Part shown: positions 10,703 to 20,624 of the stretch, in pieces
Numbering within the stretch: the stretch's first letter is position 1
Layout: the number at the start of each line of letters is the position of its first letter
The notes under the pieces: model-generated
Database searches by the model: none
What the model saw: the letters and a program-made list of their open reading frames with translations, nothing else
What the model was told of the DNA's origin: nothing
Program-made: the position numbers and the translations under genes
Assembly (NCBI GenBank): GCA_051867135.1
Contig: JBJDYH010000223.1
Coordinates: 11,597 to 75,596 of the forward strand
From: Faecousia sp.
Lineage (GTDB): Bacteria; Bacillota; Clostridia; Oscillospirales; Oscillospiraceae
Reading direction: 5' to 3'
Length of the DNA: 64,000 nt

Positions 10703-10869
10703 TAAGGAAGGTCTGATGAAATCGGCAAGAGCTGGGGGCAGAAGATTTTGGCTCAGCCGAAAGTTCTAAAAATGGAGGAATACTTTGTGTATTTCCCATT
10801 TTTAGAACTGAACGGATGTGGCAAAAGATTCGCCCTCCAGCCGCAGACGATTTAATCAGAGCTTCCTCA
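10703..10869 (+). mobile_element. 167-bp MITE-like repeat, copy 1
   Basis: ~22-bp terminal inverted repeats taaggaag(g/c)tctgat(g/t)aaatcg; internal hairpin; near-identical inverted copy at 38767-38933. Confidence 0.85.
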
Positions 10870-10928
10870 GGAAAAAGGACGGCTTATGCCGCCCTTTTTC
10901 CGCGTTTATTTCAGAAAGGAGCAAAGCT

Positions 10929-11693
10929 GTGGAAGAATTCTTACGGCTGAAGGAAATTCTCCTGAACGGCGGTACGCTGAGCTTTTGGGAGGATTTCTAT
11001 TATAAATTCTACCAAGCGTTTATCTACGCTGACCGGTGGAAGCAATATCTAAGCGGTGTTTTAACAACCCTTGAGGTTACCGCTCTGGCTCTGATCATCG
11101 GTGTGTTTTTGGGCGTTCTGGTTGCCGTTGTGCGTACCGCTCACGATCAGCAGAGAGCCGGCCGCCACAACCCCTTCTTGGGCATTTTTAATTTTATTTG
11201 TAAAATCTATACCACCGTTATCCGCGGAACGCCCATGCTGGTTCAGCTTTTGATTATGGGCTTTGTCATCTTCAGCTCCAGCCGGGAATTTAATTTCATC
11301 GGTACTCTGACGCTGGGTATTAACTCCGGTGCCTATGTTGCCGAAATTATTCGCGGCGGTCTTATGTCTCTGGACCCCGGTCAGGCAGAAGCCGGCCGCT
11401 CTTTGGGGCTTGGCTATGTGGATACCATGCGTTTTATTGTGATTCCCCAAGCCTTCAAAGCCATCCTTCCCTCTTTGGGCAACGAATTTATTACCCTATT
11501 GAAAGATACAGCTTTGATTTACACCATCGGTGGTAAGGAGCTGGTGTATGCGGCTCAGCATGTAGCTACCCGTACCTATGAGCAGATGTTCCCGCTGGTT
11601 GGTACTGCCGTTATTTATCTGATTCTGGTCCTGATTTTCACATGGCTTCAGGGTATTCTGGAAAGGAGGCTGCAGCAAAGTGATCGACGTTAA
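10929..11693 (+). CDS. Polar amino acid ABC transporter permease
   Basis: [32 protein letters not shown]; GTG start after AGAAAGGAG (the upstream ORF extension is MITE sequence). Confidence 0.93.
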   Translation: MEEFLRLKEILLNGGTLSFWEDFYYKFYQAFIYADRWKQYLSGVLTTLEVTALALIIGVFLGVLVAVVRTAHDQQRAGRHNPFLGIFNFICKIYTTVIRGTPMLVQLLIMGFVIFSSSREFNFIGTLTLGINSGAYVAEIIRGGLMSLDPGQAEAGRSLGLGYVDTMRFIVIPQAFKAILPSLGNEFITLLKDTALIYTIGGKELVYAAQHVATRTYEQMFPLVGTAVIYLILVLIFTWLQGILERRLQQSDRR

Positions 11694-12402
11694 AAATCTC
11701 TCCAAATCCTTTGGAAAGCATCTTGTGTTGGACAATATCAGCGAGCATATCGCGCCCGGCGAAAAGGTTGTAATTATCGGCCCCTCCGGCTCCGGCAAGT
11801 CCACTTTTTTGCGCTGCCTGAATTTGATGGAAACCCCATCTGCCGGAACTATCTCCTTTGACGGTACTGTGATTACCAACCCCAAGGTGGATATTGACCT
11901 GATTCGTCGCCAGATGGGCATGGTATTCCAGCACTTCAACCTCTTCCCGAACATGACTGTTCGCAAGAACATTACCCTTGCCCCTGTTCGTACCGGCCTT
12001 ATGAATAAGAATGAGGCGAACGAGCTGGCTATGCAGCTTCTTCGCCGTGTTGGGCTTGAGGACAAAGCCGACAGCTATCCCAATCAGCTTTCCGGCGGTC
12101 AGAAGCAGCGCATTGCCATTGTTCGGGCGTTGGCTATGAACCCCAAGGTGCTGCTGTTTGACGAGCCTACCTCCGCCCTGGATCCTGAAATGGTTGGAGA
12201 AGTGCTGGCTGTTATGAAGGAGCTGGCGAATGACGGCATGACCATGGTTGTGGTTACCCACGAAATGGGCTTTGCCAGAGAAGTTGGCAGCCGGGTGCTG
12301 TTTATGGATGAAGGAAAAATCATGGAGCAGGGTACGCCTCAGGAGATTTTCTCTCAGCCCAAGAATCCCCGTTTGCAGGACTTCCTGTCTAAAGTTCTAT
12401 AA
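11680..12402 (+). CDS. Polar amino acid ABC transporter ATP-binding protein (GlnQ/ArtR-like)
   Basis: [29 protein letters not shown]. Confidence 0.95.
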   Translation: MIDVKNLSKSFGKHLVLDNISEHIAPGEKVVIIGPSGSGKSTFLRCLNLMETPSAGTISFDGTVITNPKVDIDLIRRQMGMVFQHFNLFPNMTVRKNITLAPVRTGLMNKNEANELAMQLLRRVGLEDKADSYPNQLSGGQKQRIAIVRALAMNPKVLLFDEPTSALDPEMVGEVLAVMKELANDGMTMVVVTHEMGFAREVGSRVLFMDEGKIMEQGTPQEIFSQPKNPRLQDFLSKVL

Positions 12403-12417
12403 TGGCAAAACCTCCGG

Positions 12418-13116
12418 TCATGCGCCGGAGGTTTCAATTTTTACGATACGGCTTAGACCGCTGACATAATACCCCGGCTCCGTAAAATAGGTCTCTCCCG
12501 GAGCGATGCGATAGATTTGTATTTCGTATGCGATGCCCCCGATGAACATAGCCTTGTCCGGGTCATAAGTTTTGAAGTATATTGTAAGCTTGGTTAAGGG
12601 AATGGGGCCGGGGTTGGTAACCAGCAGGATTTTCCCCTGAGTTTCCCGAATGGTTACGAGGCCGGGGATGTCCTTTTGCGCTACGGTTGCACTCCCCCTG
12701 CAAGCTGTAATTTCGGACGGCTGATATTGGCCGCGATTGCTCTCCAAAACCATAATCTTTTCTCCCGCAGGCAGATAGGAAAGGTGAAAGCACAGCTTTC
12801 TATCCCCTTGCCAAAGCTCCACTTGGGCATCTTCAAGCATATCCGCTCCGTCGTTACGAAGAATAATTGCGGCAATATCCGCTACTGTCTCTACGGAGCC
12901 GTCTTCCAGATATTGTCCCGCATAGCTTGTCAGCTCAAGGGCTACCAAATCCGTTCCCGGTACGGCAAAGGGAAATTGTAAGGCTGTTTCCTCGGTTATT
13001 TTCGGTGTGCTCTGAGCAGACAGAGCCGCTGCACCCTCCCCATACCAATAGAAAGCCGCACCGCCACCTACCAAAAACAGCACCGCCAATGCCACCAATA
13101 TCCCCCGCCTTACCAT
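12418..13116 (-). CDS. Hypothetical exported/membrane-anchored protein
   Basis: Signal/TM at N-terminus (MVRRGILVALAV); SD AAAGGA upstream. Confidence 0.65.
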   Translation of the reverse strand: MVRRGILVALAVLFLVGGGAAFYWYGEGAAALSAQSTPKITEETALQFPFAVPGTDLVALELTSYAGQYLEDGSVETVADIAAIILRNDGADMLEDAQVELWQGDRKLCFHLSYLPAGEKIMVLESNRGQYQPSEITACRGSATVAQKDIPGLVTIRETQGKILLVTNPGPIPLTKLTIYFKTYDPDKAMFIGGIAYEIQIYRIAPGETYFTEPGYYVSGLSRIVKIETSGA

Positions 13117-13462
13117 AACTGCCCATCCTTTCATCCTTGGTGTAGGGGCATTATATCTGCAAATGAAGCGGCAAAACAAGGGAAAGCGGCGGGCGCAAAC
13201 CGGCTTTCTTCTCCCATAAAAGGGACTAAGACTTGCCTTTCAAAGATAAACAGGGCCGCATATCCAATTTCCTGCACAAAAATCTGTCACCTTCTCAGGC
13301 AAAGCCGGAGCAGCAAAGGGTATCCTCCGCTGCCCCCAATAAGCCAGGCCGCCCATAGCAGCCACAAACCATGCTATGATTCGCCCACAAAAAAGTTGCC
13401 GGATTTTTTGCTTTTCTTTCCTCTCTTTTTATGATAATATAGGGGAAACAGGAGGTAACGCT

Positions 13463-14083
13463 ATGGAAAGCAAGGTAAGCGCTATTATTGAAACACTAAA
13501 AAACAAATACCCAGACCCAATGTGCGCCCTGCACTATCAAACGGACTGGCAGCTCATGATTGCCGTTCGGCTTTCTGCCCAATGTACCGATGCCCGGGTG
13601 AACATGGTTACCCCTGCCCTCTTCGCTGCCTATCCTACGCTGGAGGCTATGGCTTGCGCGGATATTTCTGATGTGGAGGATTATGTGCGCACCTGCGGAT
13701 TCTATAAGCATAAGGCAAGGGATATCGTTTTGGCCTGCCAGATGCTTTTGAACCGCTTCGGCGGGAAAGTGCCGGGCACAATGGAAGAGCTGTTGTCCCT
13801 GCCCGGCGTTGGCAGAAAGACGGCAAATCTCCTGCTGGGTGACCTTTACCAAGTTCCCGGCAGCGTAGTCTGCGATACCCACTGTATCCGTATCTGCGGC
13901 CGTCTGGGTCTGTCCCAAGGGAAAGAGCCTGAAAAGGTTGAGCAGCAGCTCAGAAAAATTCTCCCCCCGGAGGAAAGCTCGGATTTTTGCCACCGTATCG
14001 TCCTCTTTGGCAGAGAAGTCTGTACCGCCCGCAATCCCAAATGCGGGGACTGTCCCCTTTCCCCTTGGTGTACTTCGGTATAA
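13463..14083 (+). CDS. nth: Endonuclease III
   Basis: LSAQCTDARVN, HhH LPGVGRKTAN, C-terminal CTARNPKCGDCPLSPWC [4Fe-4S] motif; SD AGGAGG. Confidence 0.95.
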   Translation: MESKVSAIIETLKNKYPDPMCALHYQTDWQLMIAVRLSAQCTDARVNMVTPALFAAYPTLEAMACADISDVEDYVRTCGFYKHKARDIVLACQMLLNRFGGKVPGTMEELLSLPGVGRKTANLLLGDLYQVPGSVVCDTHCIRICGRLGLSQGKEPEKVEQQLRKILPPEESSDFCHRIVLFGREVCTARNPKCGDCPLSPWCTSV

Positions 14084-14126
14084 TATTTCCCCCTTGTCCG
14101 CATAGGCTGGACAAGGGGGTGTTTTT

Positions 14127-15623
14127 ATGGCCAAGCGGCTTCCAATATTTTACAGCGCATTGCTGCTGACAGGCGTAAATTTGCTGCTGCGGTTTGTATC
14201 CACCTCTTTTCAGGTACACATTTCCGCAAAAATCGGCCCGGAGGGCGTGGGGCTGCTGCAGCTTGTTATGAGTGTAGGCAGTCTGGCCCTTACCGCAGGC
14301 ATGGCCGGTATCCGAACCACTACCATGTACCTTACAGCGGAGGAACTGGGAAAAGGCCGTCCGGGCAATGTCAAATGGGTAATGCGGGGCTGCTTTTTAT
14401 ACAGCATTTTATGCAGCGGAGCGATCGCCGGCGCGCTGTATATCTTTGCCCCCTTCGTTGCCGAGCATTGGATTGGCAATTCTCAAGTTACCGAAGCGGT
14501 TCGGCTGTTCTCTCTTACTTTGCCATTGGTATGTATCTGCGGGTGCCTGACAGGCTATTTTACCGCGGCCAACCGCATCGGGGTGCTTGCCATTGTTGAA
14601 ATTGGAGAGCAGCTTTGCTATATGGCCTTTACCCTGCTGGCGTTGAACCTTTGGGGTACTACGGCAGAGGCGGCCTGTGCCTGTGTGGTGATGGGCAGCG
14701 GGGTCAGCGCTCTGTTTACGATTTTCTCCCTTGCAATATTGCGACATAAAGAGCATCTCCCCTCCGGGCCGAGGATTCCGGTACGCAGCAGATTGCTATC
14801 CTGCGCTGTGCCTTTGGCGGCAGCAGACAATGTCAAAAGCGGCATTTCCACGCTGGAAAATCTTATGGTTCCAAAGAGGCTTTCCATGTATGCGGGAGAG
14901 GTTTCCCCCCTTGGCTCCTTCGGGCGGGTATGCGGCATGGTATTCCCGATTCTGATGTTCCCTGCCTCCATTCTCTTTGCCCTTTCGGAGCTGCTGATTC
15001 CGGAGCTTGCCCGATGCGCCGCCGGGGAGAACGAAAAGCGCATTCATTATCTTGCTGAAAAGAGCCTGCGGATTGCCATGCTCTACGGTTTTCTTTGCAG
15101 CGGTATTCTCTATTTGCTGGCAAAACCTCTTTTCCAAGGAATATATCACGACGAAACTGCCGGAATGTATCTGCGCTGGTATGCCTGTCTGGCCCCCATG
15201 CTCTACTGTGATGCCATTACCGACGCCATGAGCAAAGGCTTGGGAAAGCAGCGCAACAATGTGCGATACAATATTTTTACTTCCGCAATGGATGTCGCTC
15301 TGCTATACATCCTGCTCCCCAAAATGGGGATGACAGGATACTTCATCAGCTTTTTGGTCACCCATGCCATCAACTTCCTGTTAAGTCTGAATTTGCTGGC
15401 AAGAACCGTGGGATTCTCTATCCCCTTTTATTCCCCTGCTTGTACCGGCATTGCAACTATTTTGGCGGTTATGGGTAGTCAGGTTGCCCGGGGATGGCCT
15501 GCCCAGCTATTGGGTTTTCTGGGGCTGGCAGGAGGTCTGTATCTGCTTTTCGGCGTGGTATCGAGGAAAGATATCCAATGGATTTTTTCTCTTGTGCGCA
15601 AAAATAAAAGCCCGGCCGCATGA
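14127..15623 (+). CDS. SpoVB/MurJ-like polysaccharide flippase (MOP superfamily)
   Basis: IGPEGVGLLQL N-terminal motif, many TM helices. Confidence 0.75.
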   Translation: MAKRLPIFYSALLLTGVNLLLRFVSTSFQVHISAKIGPEGVGLLQLVMSVGSLALTAGMAGIRTTTMYLTAEELGKGRPGNVKWVMRGCFLYSILCSGAIAGALYIFAPFVAEHWIGNSQVTEAVRLFSLTLPLVCICGCLTGYFTAANRIGVLAIVEIGEQLCYMAFTLLALNLWGTTAEAACACVVMGSGVSALFTIFSLAILRHKEHLPSGPRIPVRSRLLSCAVPLAAADNVKSGISTLENLMVPKRLSMYAGEVSPLGSFGRVCGMVFPILMFPASILFALSELLIPELARCAAGENEKRIHYLAEKSLRIAMLYGFLCSGILYLLAKPLFQGIYHDETAGMYLRWYACLAPMLYCDAITDAMSKGLGKQRNNVRYNIFTSAMDVALLYILLPKMGMTGYFISFLVTHAINFLLSLNLLARTVGFSIPFYSPACTGIATILAVMGSQVARGWPAQLLGFLGLAGGLYLLFGVVSRKDIQWIFSLVRKNKSPAA

Positions 15624-15631
15624 CCGGGCTT

Positions 15632-15888
15632 CAGGCTGTCGAGGAACCTATATTCTAATCGTAGGGCGGGGGCTTGCTCCCGCCGAAATCCAATTCATCT
15701 TATACGGTACAATAGTGCAAACGCACATATTGCTGGTGCTAAAAGAACCCTTTGCCGAAAAACCATCAATATTCAACAATGCCGAACCATATCGGTGCAT
15801 TATTTGTCGGAGAAAACGGCGGGAGCAAGCCCCCGCCCTACAATGCATGACCTAACCATGCATAGATTATTACTTTTTCGACAGACTG
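15632..15888. mobile_element. 257-bp MITE with CAG(A/G)CTGTCGA termini and internal REP doublet, flanked by a 24-bp direct repeat
   Basis: TIRs 15632-15642/15878-15888; perfect 25-bp GTAG-type IR 15661-15685/15817-15841; DR aagcccggccgcatgaccgggctt at 15608 and 15889. Confidence 0.85.
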
Positions 15889-15921
15889 AAGCCCGGCCGC
15901 ATGACCGGGCTTTGAATGAAA

Positions 15922-17364
15922 TCAGAGAGCTTTCAGAACCTCCAGCAGGAAGCGCCATGTCCGCTCAGTAGAGGCAATGCTGAGGCGCTCACGGCTGGTG
16001 TGAATATCGTGCATCTGCGGGCCGATGGATACGCAGTCCAGCCCCGGCAGCTTGTCGCTGAGGATGCCGCATTCCAAACCGGCGTGGATAGCCACCACCT
16101 GAGGCTCCTGATGGAACATATCCTTGTAAACGGATACCATAGTATCCCGGAGGGCACTTTCCTTGCGATACTCCCAAGCGGGATAATCGCCCATTTCGCT
16201 GTAGTCAGCGCCAAACTCCCGGGCAATGGCTTTCAGGCGGGCAAGCAAATCCCGCTTTTCATGATTCACGCTGGAACGAACGGAGAAAGTAAGGCGCAAA
16301 TCCTCCCCCATGTGGGCAACGCCCAAATTCAGGCTGGTCTGCACAAGGCCCTCAATATCCTCGCTCCATGCCTGCACACCGTTGGGAACCTCACACAAAA
16401 GCTTCGTGACCTTTGCGCTGTCCTCGGTGCTGAGCGCATTTCCTCCAAGGGCATCCACATCATCGCCATAGATAACGGCCTCCGGCTCTTGAAAGTTCCG
16501 GCGCACCTCACTTTGAAGCTGGGCGCAGACATCGTTAATGCGCTCAATATGGCTTCCCATTGCCACCAGCGTGACCTGACAGGCTCTGGGAATGGCATTG
16601 TCCTTAGAGCCGCCGGAAAGGCCGGTAATGCACACCGGCATCAGCTCCTGAATACGGGCCAAAAGATGGCCCATAATCTTGTTGGCGTTGGCACGGTTTT
16701 GGTGGATTTCCACGCCGGAATGCCCGCCTTGCAGGCCGTCCACAACCAGCTTGACGCAGGGGCCGTATACCGCTCTGCGAGTCAGAGGAAGGCGAATGGT
16801 GCCACGGGCACCTCCGGCGCAGGATACGGTAAAGATGCCCTCATCCTCGCTGTCGATGTTGATAAGCGTGCGGCCATGCAGCATGGAAAGGTCAATCCCG
16901 GTAGCGCCCTCCATGCCGGTTTCCTCGTCAACGGTAATGACTACTTCCAAGGCAGGGTGAGCAATACTTTCATCATCCAAAATTGCAAGGGCATAAGCAA
17001 GCGCAATGCCGTCATCGCCGCCCAAGGTTGTCCCTTTTGCGAACACATACTCCCCATCATGAGTTACATCCAGGCCGTCTACTGCCATGTCCAACGGGCA
17101 GGACTCATCCTTTTCGCAAACCATATCCATGTGGCCCTGAAGAATTACTCCGGGCTTGTCTTCATAACCGGGGGTAGCCGGGGCAAAGATAATCACATTG
17201 TTCAGTTCATCCTGAATATACTGAAGGCCATGCTCCCGGGCGAAGGATACCAGATAGTCGCTGATAAGCTTGGTATTTCCCGAACCATGGGGAATGGAGC
17301 AAAGCTTCTCAAAATAGGCAAATACTTTTTCCGGCTGCAAACCGGCAAGCTTCTGGGCAATCAC
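15922..17364 (-). CDS. pepD: Aminoacyl-histidine dipeptidase (M20C)
   Basis: LQGHMDMVCEK, TLGGDDG, DEETGM, GGHSG, HAGLECG. Confidence 0.93.
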   Translation of the reverse strand: MIAQKLAGLQPEKVFAYFEKLCSIPHGSGNTKLISDYLVSFAREHGLQYIQDELNNVIIFAPATPGYEDKPGVILQGHMDMVCEKDESCPLDMAVDGLDVTHDGEYVFAKGTTLGGDDGIALAYALAILDDESIAHPALEVVITVDEETGMEGATGIDLSMLHGRTLINIDSEDEGIFTVSCAGGARGTIRLPLTRRAVYGPCVKLVVDGLQGGHSGVEIHQNRANANKIMGHLLARIQELMPVCITGLSGGSKDNAIPRACQVTLVAMGSHIERINDVCAQLQSEVRRNFQEPEAVIYGDDVDALGGNALSTEDSAKVTKLLCEVPNGVQAWSEDIEGLVQTSLNLGVAHMGEDLRLTFSVRSSVNHEKRDLLARLKAIAREFGADYSEMGDYPAWEYRKESALRDTMVSVYKDMFHQEPQVVAIHAGLECGILSDKLPGLDCVSIGPQMHDIHTSRERLSIASTERTWRFLLEVLKAL

Positions 17365-17422
17365 AAAAAAATCTCCCTTCAATGTTTTCTATAGTTTACC
17401 ACAAGTGACCAATCATGTCTAT

Positions 17423-17458
17423 AAAAAAGGCTGCAGAAAAACTTCTGCAGCCTTTTAT
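17423..17458 (-). terminator. secG terminator
   Basis: aaggctgcagaa / ttctgcagcctt with A/T tracts. Confidence 0.8.
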
Positions 17459-17461
17459 TGA

Positions 17462-17698
17462 TTAAACAATGTTCAGAGCCAGCGTAAGCAGGATCCAAGC
17501 CAGAGCCACCCACTTGGTAGCAGAGGACAGCATCTTGTCAAGGCTTGCCTTTTTGTTCTTGGACAGATAAGTCTCGGAATTGCCGGCAATAGCACCGGAC
17601 AGGCCAGCCTCCTTACCGGACTGGAGAAGGACAACCACAATCAAAGCGATGCTGGCGATAACCTCCAGAACGAGCAGAACAGTCTTCAAAGTCTCCAT
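17462..17698 (-). CDS. secG: Preprotein translocase subunit SecG
   Basis: VLLQSGKEAGLSGAIAG, two TM helices. Confidence 0.95.
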   Translation of the reverse strand: METLKTVLLVLEVIASIALIVVVLLQSGKEAGLSGAIAGNSETYLSKNKKASLDKMLSSATKWVALAWILLTLALNIV

Positions 17699-17963
17699 CA
17701 GTTAAACCTCCCTTCTCGTTTCGCCGGGAATACCAACGAACAGAGAATCTAGCTGCATAAATATCAGCGTAATTTCAATAGCCCGAATATAATACCACAG
17801 ATATTTAGAAAAAGCAAGTAGAAATCTATACTTTTTTACGGAAATGTAAGCTCCTGCATAACTGCGGATCTCCAATGTATCCTTCTTCAAAAGGATACAT
17901 TGATATCCTATCACTTTTTCAAATTATTTCGCACGGAAATCCGCAAAAACACGCCGGTCTTCT

Positions 17964-18233
17964 TTACGCATCGTCCAAAAGGCCTCTTTTCCGCAGCATT
18001 TGCAGAAAGTCCTTCACATCGGAGCGCAGACGGGATTCCTCTACCTCGTATTCCGACAGCAGGCGGCTGACAAGCTCCTCCTCGCCGGATACCTCCGGCA
18101 GCAGCTCCCAAATACGAGCCGACACTTCATTGAGGCCCACAAGGCCCCGCATCCACCCGGCTGTCTCCCCGGTGGGAATCAGCACATATTCATCCATAAT
18201 CTGGCGCAGAATGAACTGCTCTTTCAGCTGCAT
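17964..18233 (-). CDS. PqqD family RiPP recognition element
   Basis: FILRQIMDEYVLIP, LNEVSARIWELL, EYEV..DVKDFL..L..GLL. Confidence 0.92.
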   Translation of the reverse strand: MQLKEQFILRQIMDEYVLIPTGETAGWMRGLVGLNEVSARIWELLPEVSGEEELVSRLLSEYEVEESRLRSDVKDFLQMLRKRGLLDDA

Positions 18234-18260
18234 GGTTATTTCTCCTTTCGGTTGGCAGGG

Positions 18261-19427
18261 TCACAGTTCACAGTCCGGCATGGGCAGATTTGGGACGGCT
18301 TCCTGGGCCTCTCCCGTTTCCAGCGGCAAAAGCCGGGCGTAATCCTGATATAACCGGGCCGCAGCAGCGTTCATTCTGCAAAGATACTGGGGATAGCCGC
18401 CATACTCGCCGCACTCGGTATAAACCATGGCAGCACAGCAATGGCACAGTCGGAAGTTGGGGCAGTTGGTGCATACCGGGCTGTAGCGCAGGGTGTTGGT
18501 CATTTCCACCACCTGCCGCCATGCTTCCGACAAGGCAGCGTCTTTCAGGGAGAACCATTGGACAGAGTGAATTCCGCAGCAGCCCAGGCGTCCCTGCCAG
18601 TCCAGCCAGAAGGAACTGCGTCCGGCCCGGCAGGTCATCTCATGGGGATTTCCGGCAGCCTGAGCCGCCAGCATCTCCTCCGTTGGCGGCACAAAGTGGC
18701 TGAAAGCACGGGCCTGCGCCCGGAAAAAAGCCGGATTGTTTTGCAGATAGTCCGCACGCACACGAGCCTGCGCCGCCTGCTCCGGGGTCAACCGATCGTT
18801 CTGCCCCACCGTACCGCTGCGCCGAAGGGGTGGGAACATATATGTGGCCACCTGAATGGGTGAACCCACCGATTTGGCATAGGCCATTATTTCATCCAAA
18901 TCCTGTATATTATAAGGCGTAATGCTGGCGTTGAATTTTACCGGCACATTGTACCGCTTCAAATAGCCCACCGCCCGGCGCACATTATCAAACGCACCGC
19001 CGTCCCCGCAAAGAGCTTTGTATGTTTCGTCGCAGGCGCCGTACAGGGTGATATTCAGCCGGGTGGGACAATGCCTTGACAGCCACCGGGCCATAGACTC
19101 ATCAACGAGGGTAGCGTTGGTATTGATACTGACCTGCAGCCCCATCTGCTGCATGCCCGTGAGAATTTGTGGCAAATCTTCCCGCAGAAAGGGTTCGCCG
19201 CCGGTTAGAAGGGGGTATAAAAGTCCTGCGTCTGCGGCCTGTCTTGCCCAGTCCAACCATTGCCCTGCAGGAATCAGCCCTCCCACCTGACGGACTTCCT
19301 CCGCCGTCTTGCGAACATAGCACATTTTACATTGCAGATTGCAGGTGGGCAACAGCTCAAAAGCGCCAATCAGAGGTACCCGCCGGGCGGCTGCCTTTTG
19401 CCAAAGTCTCTGGCGGATGTTATCCAT
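18261..19427 (-). CDS. Radical SAM/SPASM-domain peptide maturase
   Basis: CNLQCKMCY, LTGGEP, SPASM cysteines CRAG..GCC..CTNC..C..CC..C. Confidence 0.92.
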   Translation of the reverse strand: MDNIRQRLWQKAAARRVPLIGAFELLPTCNLQCKMCYVRKTAEEVRQVGGLIPAGQWLDWARQAADAGLLYPLLTGGEPFLREDLPQILTGMQQMGLQVSINTNATLVDESMARWLSRHCPTRLNITLYGACDETYKALCGDGGAFDNVRRAVGYLKRYNVPVKFNASITPYNIQDLDEIMAYAKSVGSPIQVATYMFPPLRRSGTVGQNDRLTPEQAAQARVRADYLQNNPAFFRAQARAFSHFVPPTEEMLAAQAAGNPHEMTCRAGRSSFWLDWQGRLGCCGIHSVQWFSLKDAALSEAWRQVVEMTNTLRYSPVCTNCPNFRLCHCCAAMVYTECGEYGGYPQYLCRMNAAAARLYQDYARLLPLETGEAQEAVPNLPMPDCEL

Positions 19428-20298
19428 GGGGAATCACTCCTTCCTCCCGAAGCTGCCGCTCAAGCGCAGCCACGGCTCGCTCGTCCGGGCATGTATCCAG
19501 CAGGAAAACCGGCACCTCTTCCAGCAGCTCAATAAGCTGTTCCGCCGCCTTGGTGCGGGCATCAGCGTCCCACACATCCATCACCAGATTCTCCATGAGA
19601 AGGGGCAGCGCCTTTCCCGGACGCAGGCGAACAGCGGCAGGGATATCCCCGTTGCGGCGGGGCAGCGCTATGCAGCCCAGCGGCAGCGACCCGCCGCTGC
19701 GCACAGGCTGGGAACCGTCAAAGGGATAGCCGTAGGTCTGCCAGCGGCCCTCCACCCGGCGCAGCAGCGTACGGTCATTGCAGATCACCTCAGCGCCGAT
19801 ATACTGATGCCATAGATTTGCCTGGGTGGTTTTGCCAGTACCGCTGGCGGCGGAAAACACAATCCCCATCCCCTGCCATGCCACCTGAGAGGCGTGGAGG
19901 CACAGAACCCCAAAATGCAGCAGCAGCGCCCGCATGGGAAGCATCCGAAGCACATTGGGGATCGTATCCTGGGAAACCGGGCAGGTTACGGTATTCACGG
20001 TGCAGTATATCCGGCTAAAGTCCGGCTGCCACCAGGCGCTGGTCAGCGCCCCCCGGTCACCGCCTTTCAGCTCGCAGAAAGCGGTATCCCCCTCGCGGTA
20101 ATACACCAACAGCATATCCTGACCCACCGGGTCTGTATGGGGGCGTCGGGCAGCGGCCCAGTCCCAGCTAATGTGCGCCGTTACCTGGGCCGGGGTCTCG
20201 TCCGGAAGGCGGAAATTATCAAATGCCGCCGGGCACTCCAGCGGGCGCTGGGACAGGATGCGCAGCACCACGGCGCCCAAAGATAATGTGTAAACCAT
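19420..20298 (-). CDS. HPr-kinase-like P-loop protein (ScmC/lasso-kinase-like)
   Basis: LHASQV, SAASGTGKTTQ, NDR, YGYPFDGS motifs. Confidence 0.8.
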   Translation of the reverse strand: MVYTLSLGAVVLRILSQRPLECPAAFDNFRLPDETPAQVTAHISWDWAAARRPHTDPVGQDMLLVYYREGDTAFCELKGGDRGALTSAWWQPDFSRIYCTVNTVTCPVSQDTIPNVLRMLPMRALLLHFGVLCLHASQVAWQGMGIVFSAASGTGKTTQANLWHQYIGAEVICNDRTLLRRVEGRWQTYGYPFDGSQPVRSGGSLPLGCIALPRRNGDIPAAVRLRPGKALPLLMENLVMDVWDADARTKAAEQLIELLEEVPVFLLDTCPDERAVAALERQLREEGVIPHG

Positions 20299-20316
20299 AG
20301 GTTGCCTCCTAAATAA

Positions 20317-20351
20317 GAAGGGCTGCTGCCCGTTATGGCAGCAGCCCCTTC
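20317..20351 (-). terminator. Hairpin between precursor peptide and maturase genes
   Basis: gggctgctgcc-cgttat-ggcagcagccc. Confidence 0.75.
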
Positions 20352-20372
20352 ACGGTAGTGCTGATAAAAGGT

Positions 20373-20624
20373 TCAGGAAGTGAAAAAATCACCGCTGGCA
20401 GAGGTATAACAATCGCAATTATCCCAAAAATCCACATTGCTACGCGTCCGCATTCTGCTCGTGGAAATTCCCTCTATCTCCATATAGTCATCACACGCTT
20501 CATGATCCAGATCCTCGGGGCCTGTTGTAACTACAATGTTACAATTCTGCGCGATATCCGCATTGAGTTCATAAATCTGTAAGTCCAGCAGGGGTGTTTC
20601 ATATTTCTTTTTCAATTCAGACAC
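20373..20624 (-). CDS. Putative RiPP precursor peptide
   Basis: KKKYETPLL (YxxPxL RRE-binding leader), four Cys, directly upstream of kinase-rSAM-PqqD; start GTG 20624 or TTG 20615. Confidence 0.8.
   Translation of the reverse strand: MSELKKKYETPLLDLQIYELNADIAQNCNIVVTTGPEDLDHEACDDYMEIEGISTSRMRTRSNVDFWDNCDCYTSASGDFFTS

Noticed and set aside
10818-10928. N-terminal extension MAKDSPSSRRRF of the permease, and matching ORFs 38636-38818, 38837-39187, 10086-10799
   Set aside because: Translations of the 167-bp MITE, not proteins
13230-13425. Minus-strand open stretch with a signal-peptide-like segment (IIAWFVAAMGGLAYWG)
   Set aside because: No start codon after the SD-like sequence; could be a decayed gene but is unsupported
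14078-14122. Sigma-E-like promoter inside the hairpin upstream of the spoVB-like gene
   Set aside because: Plausible (CATAggcT) but too degenerate to support by eye
15648-15848. Small ORFs with GACSRR/GRGLAPA motifs (also 49304-49610, 53179-53490)
   Set aside because: Translations of REP/MITE palindromes
17964-20624. Lasso peptide or PQQ biosynthesis assignment
   Set aside because: No asparagine-synthetase-like cyclase, B2 protease or pqqB/C genes in the window
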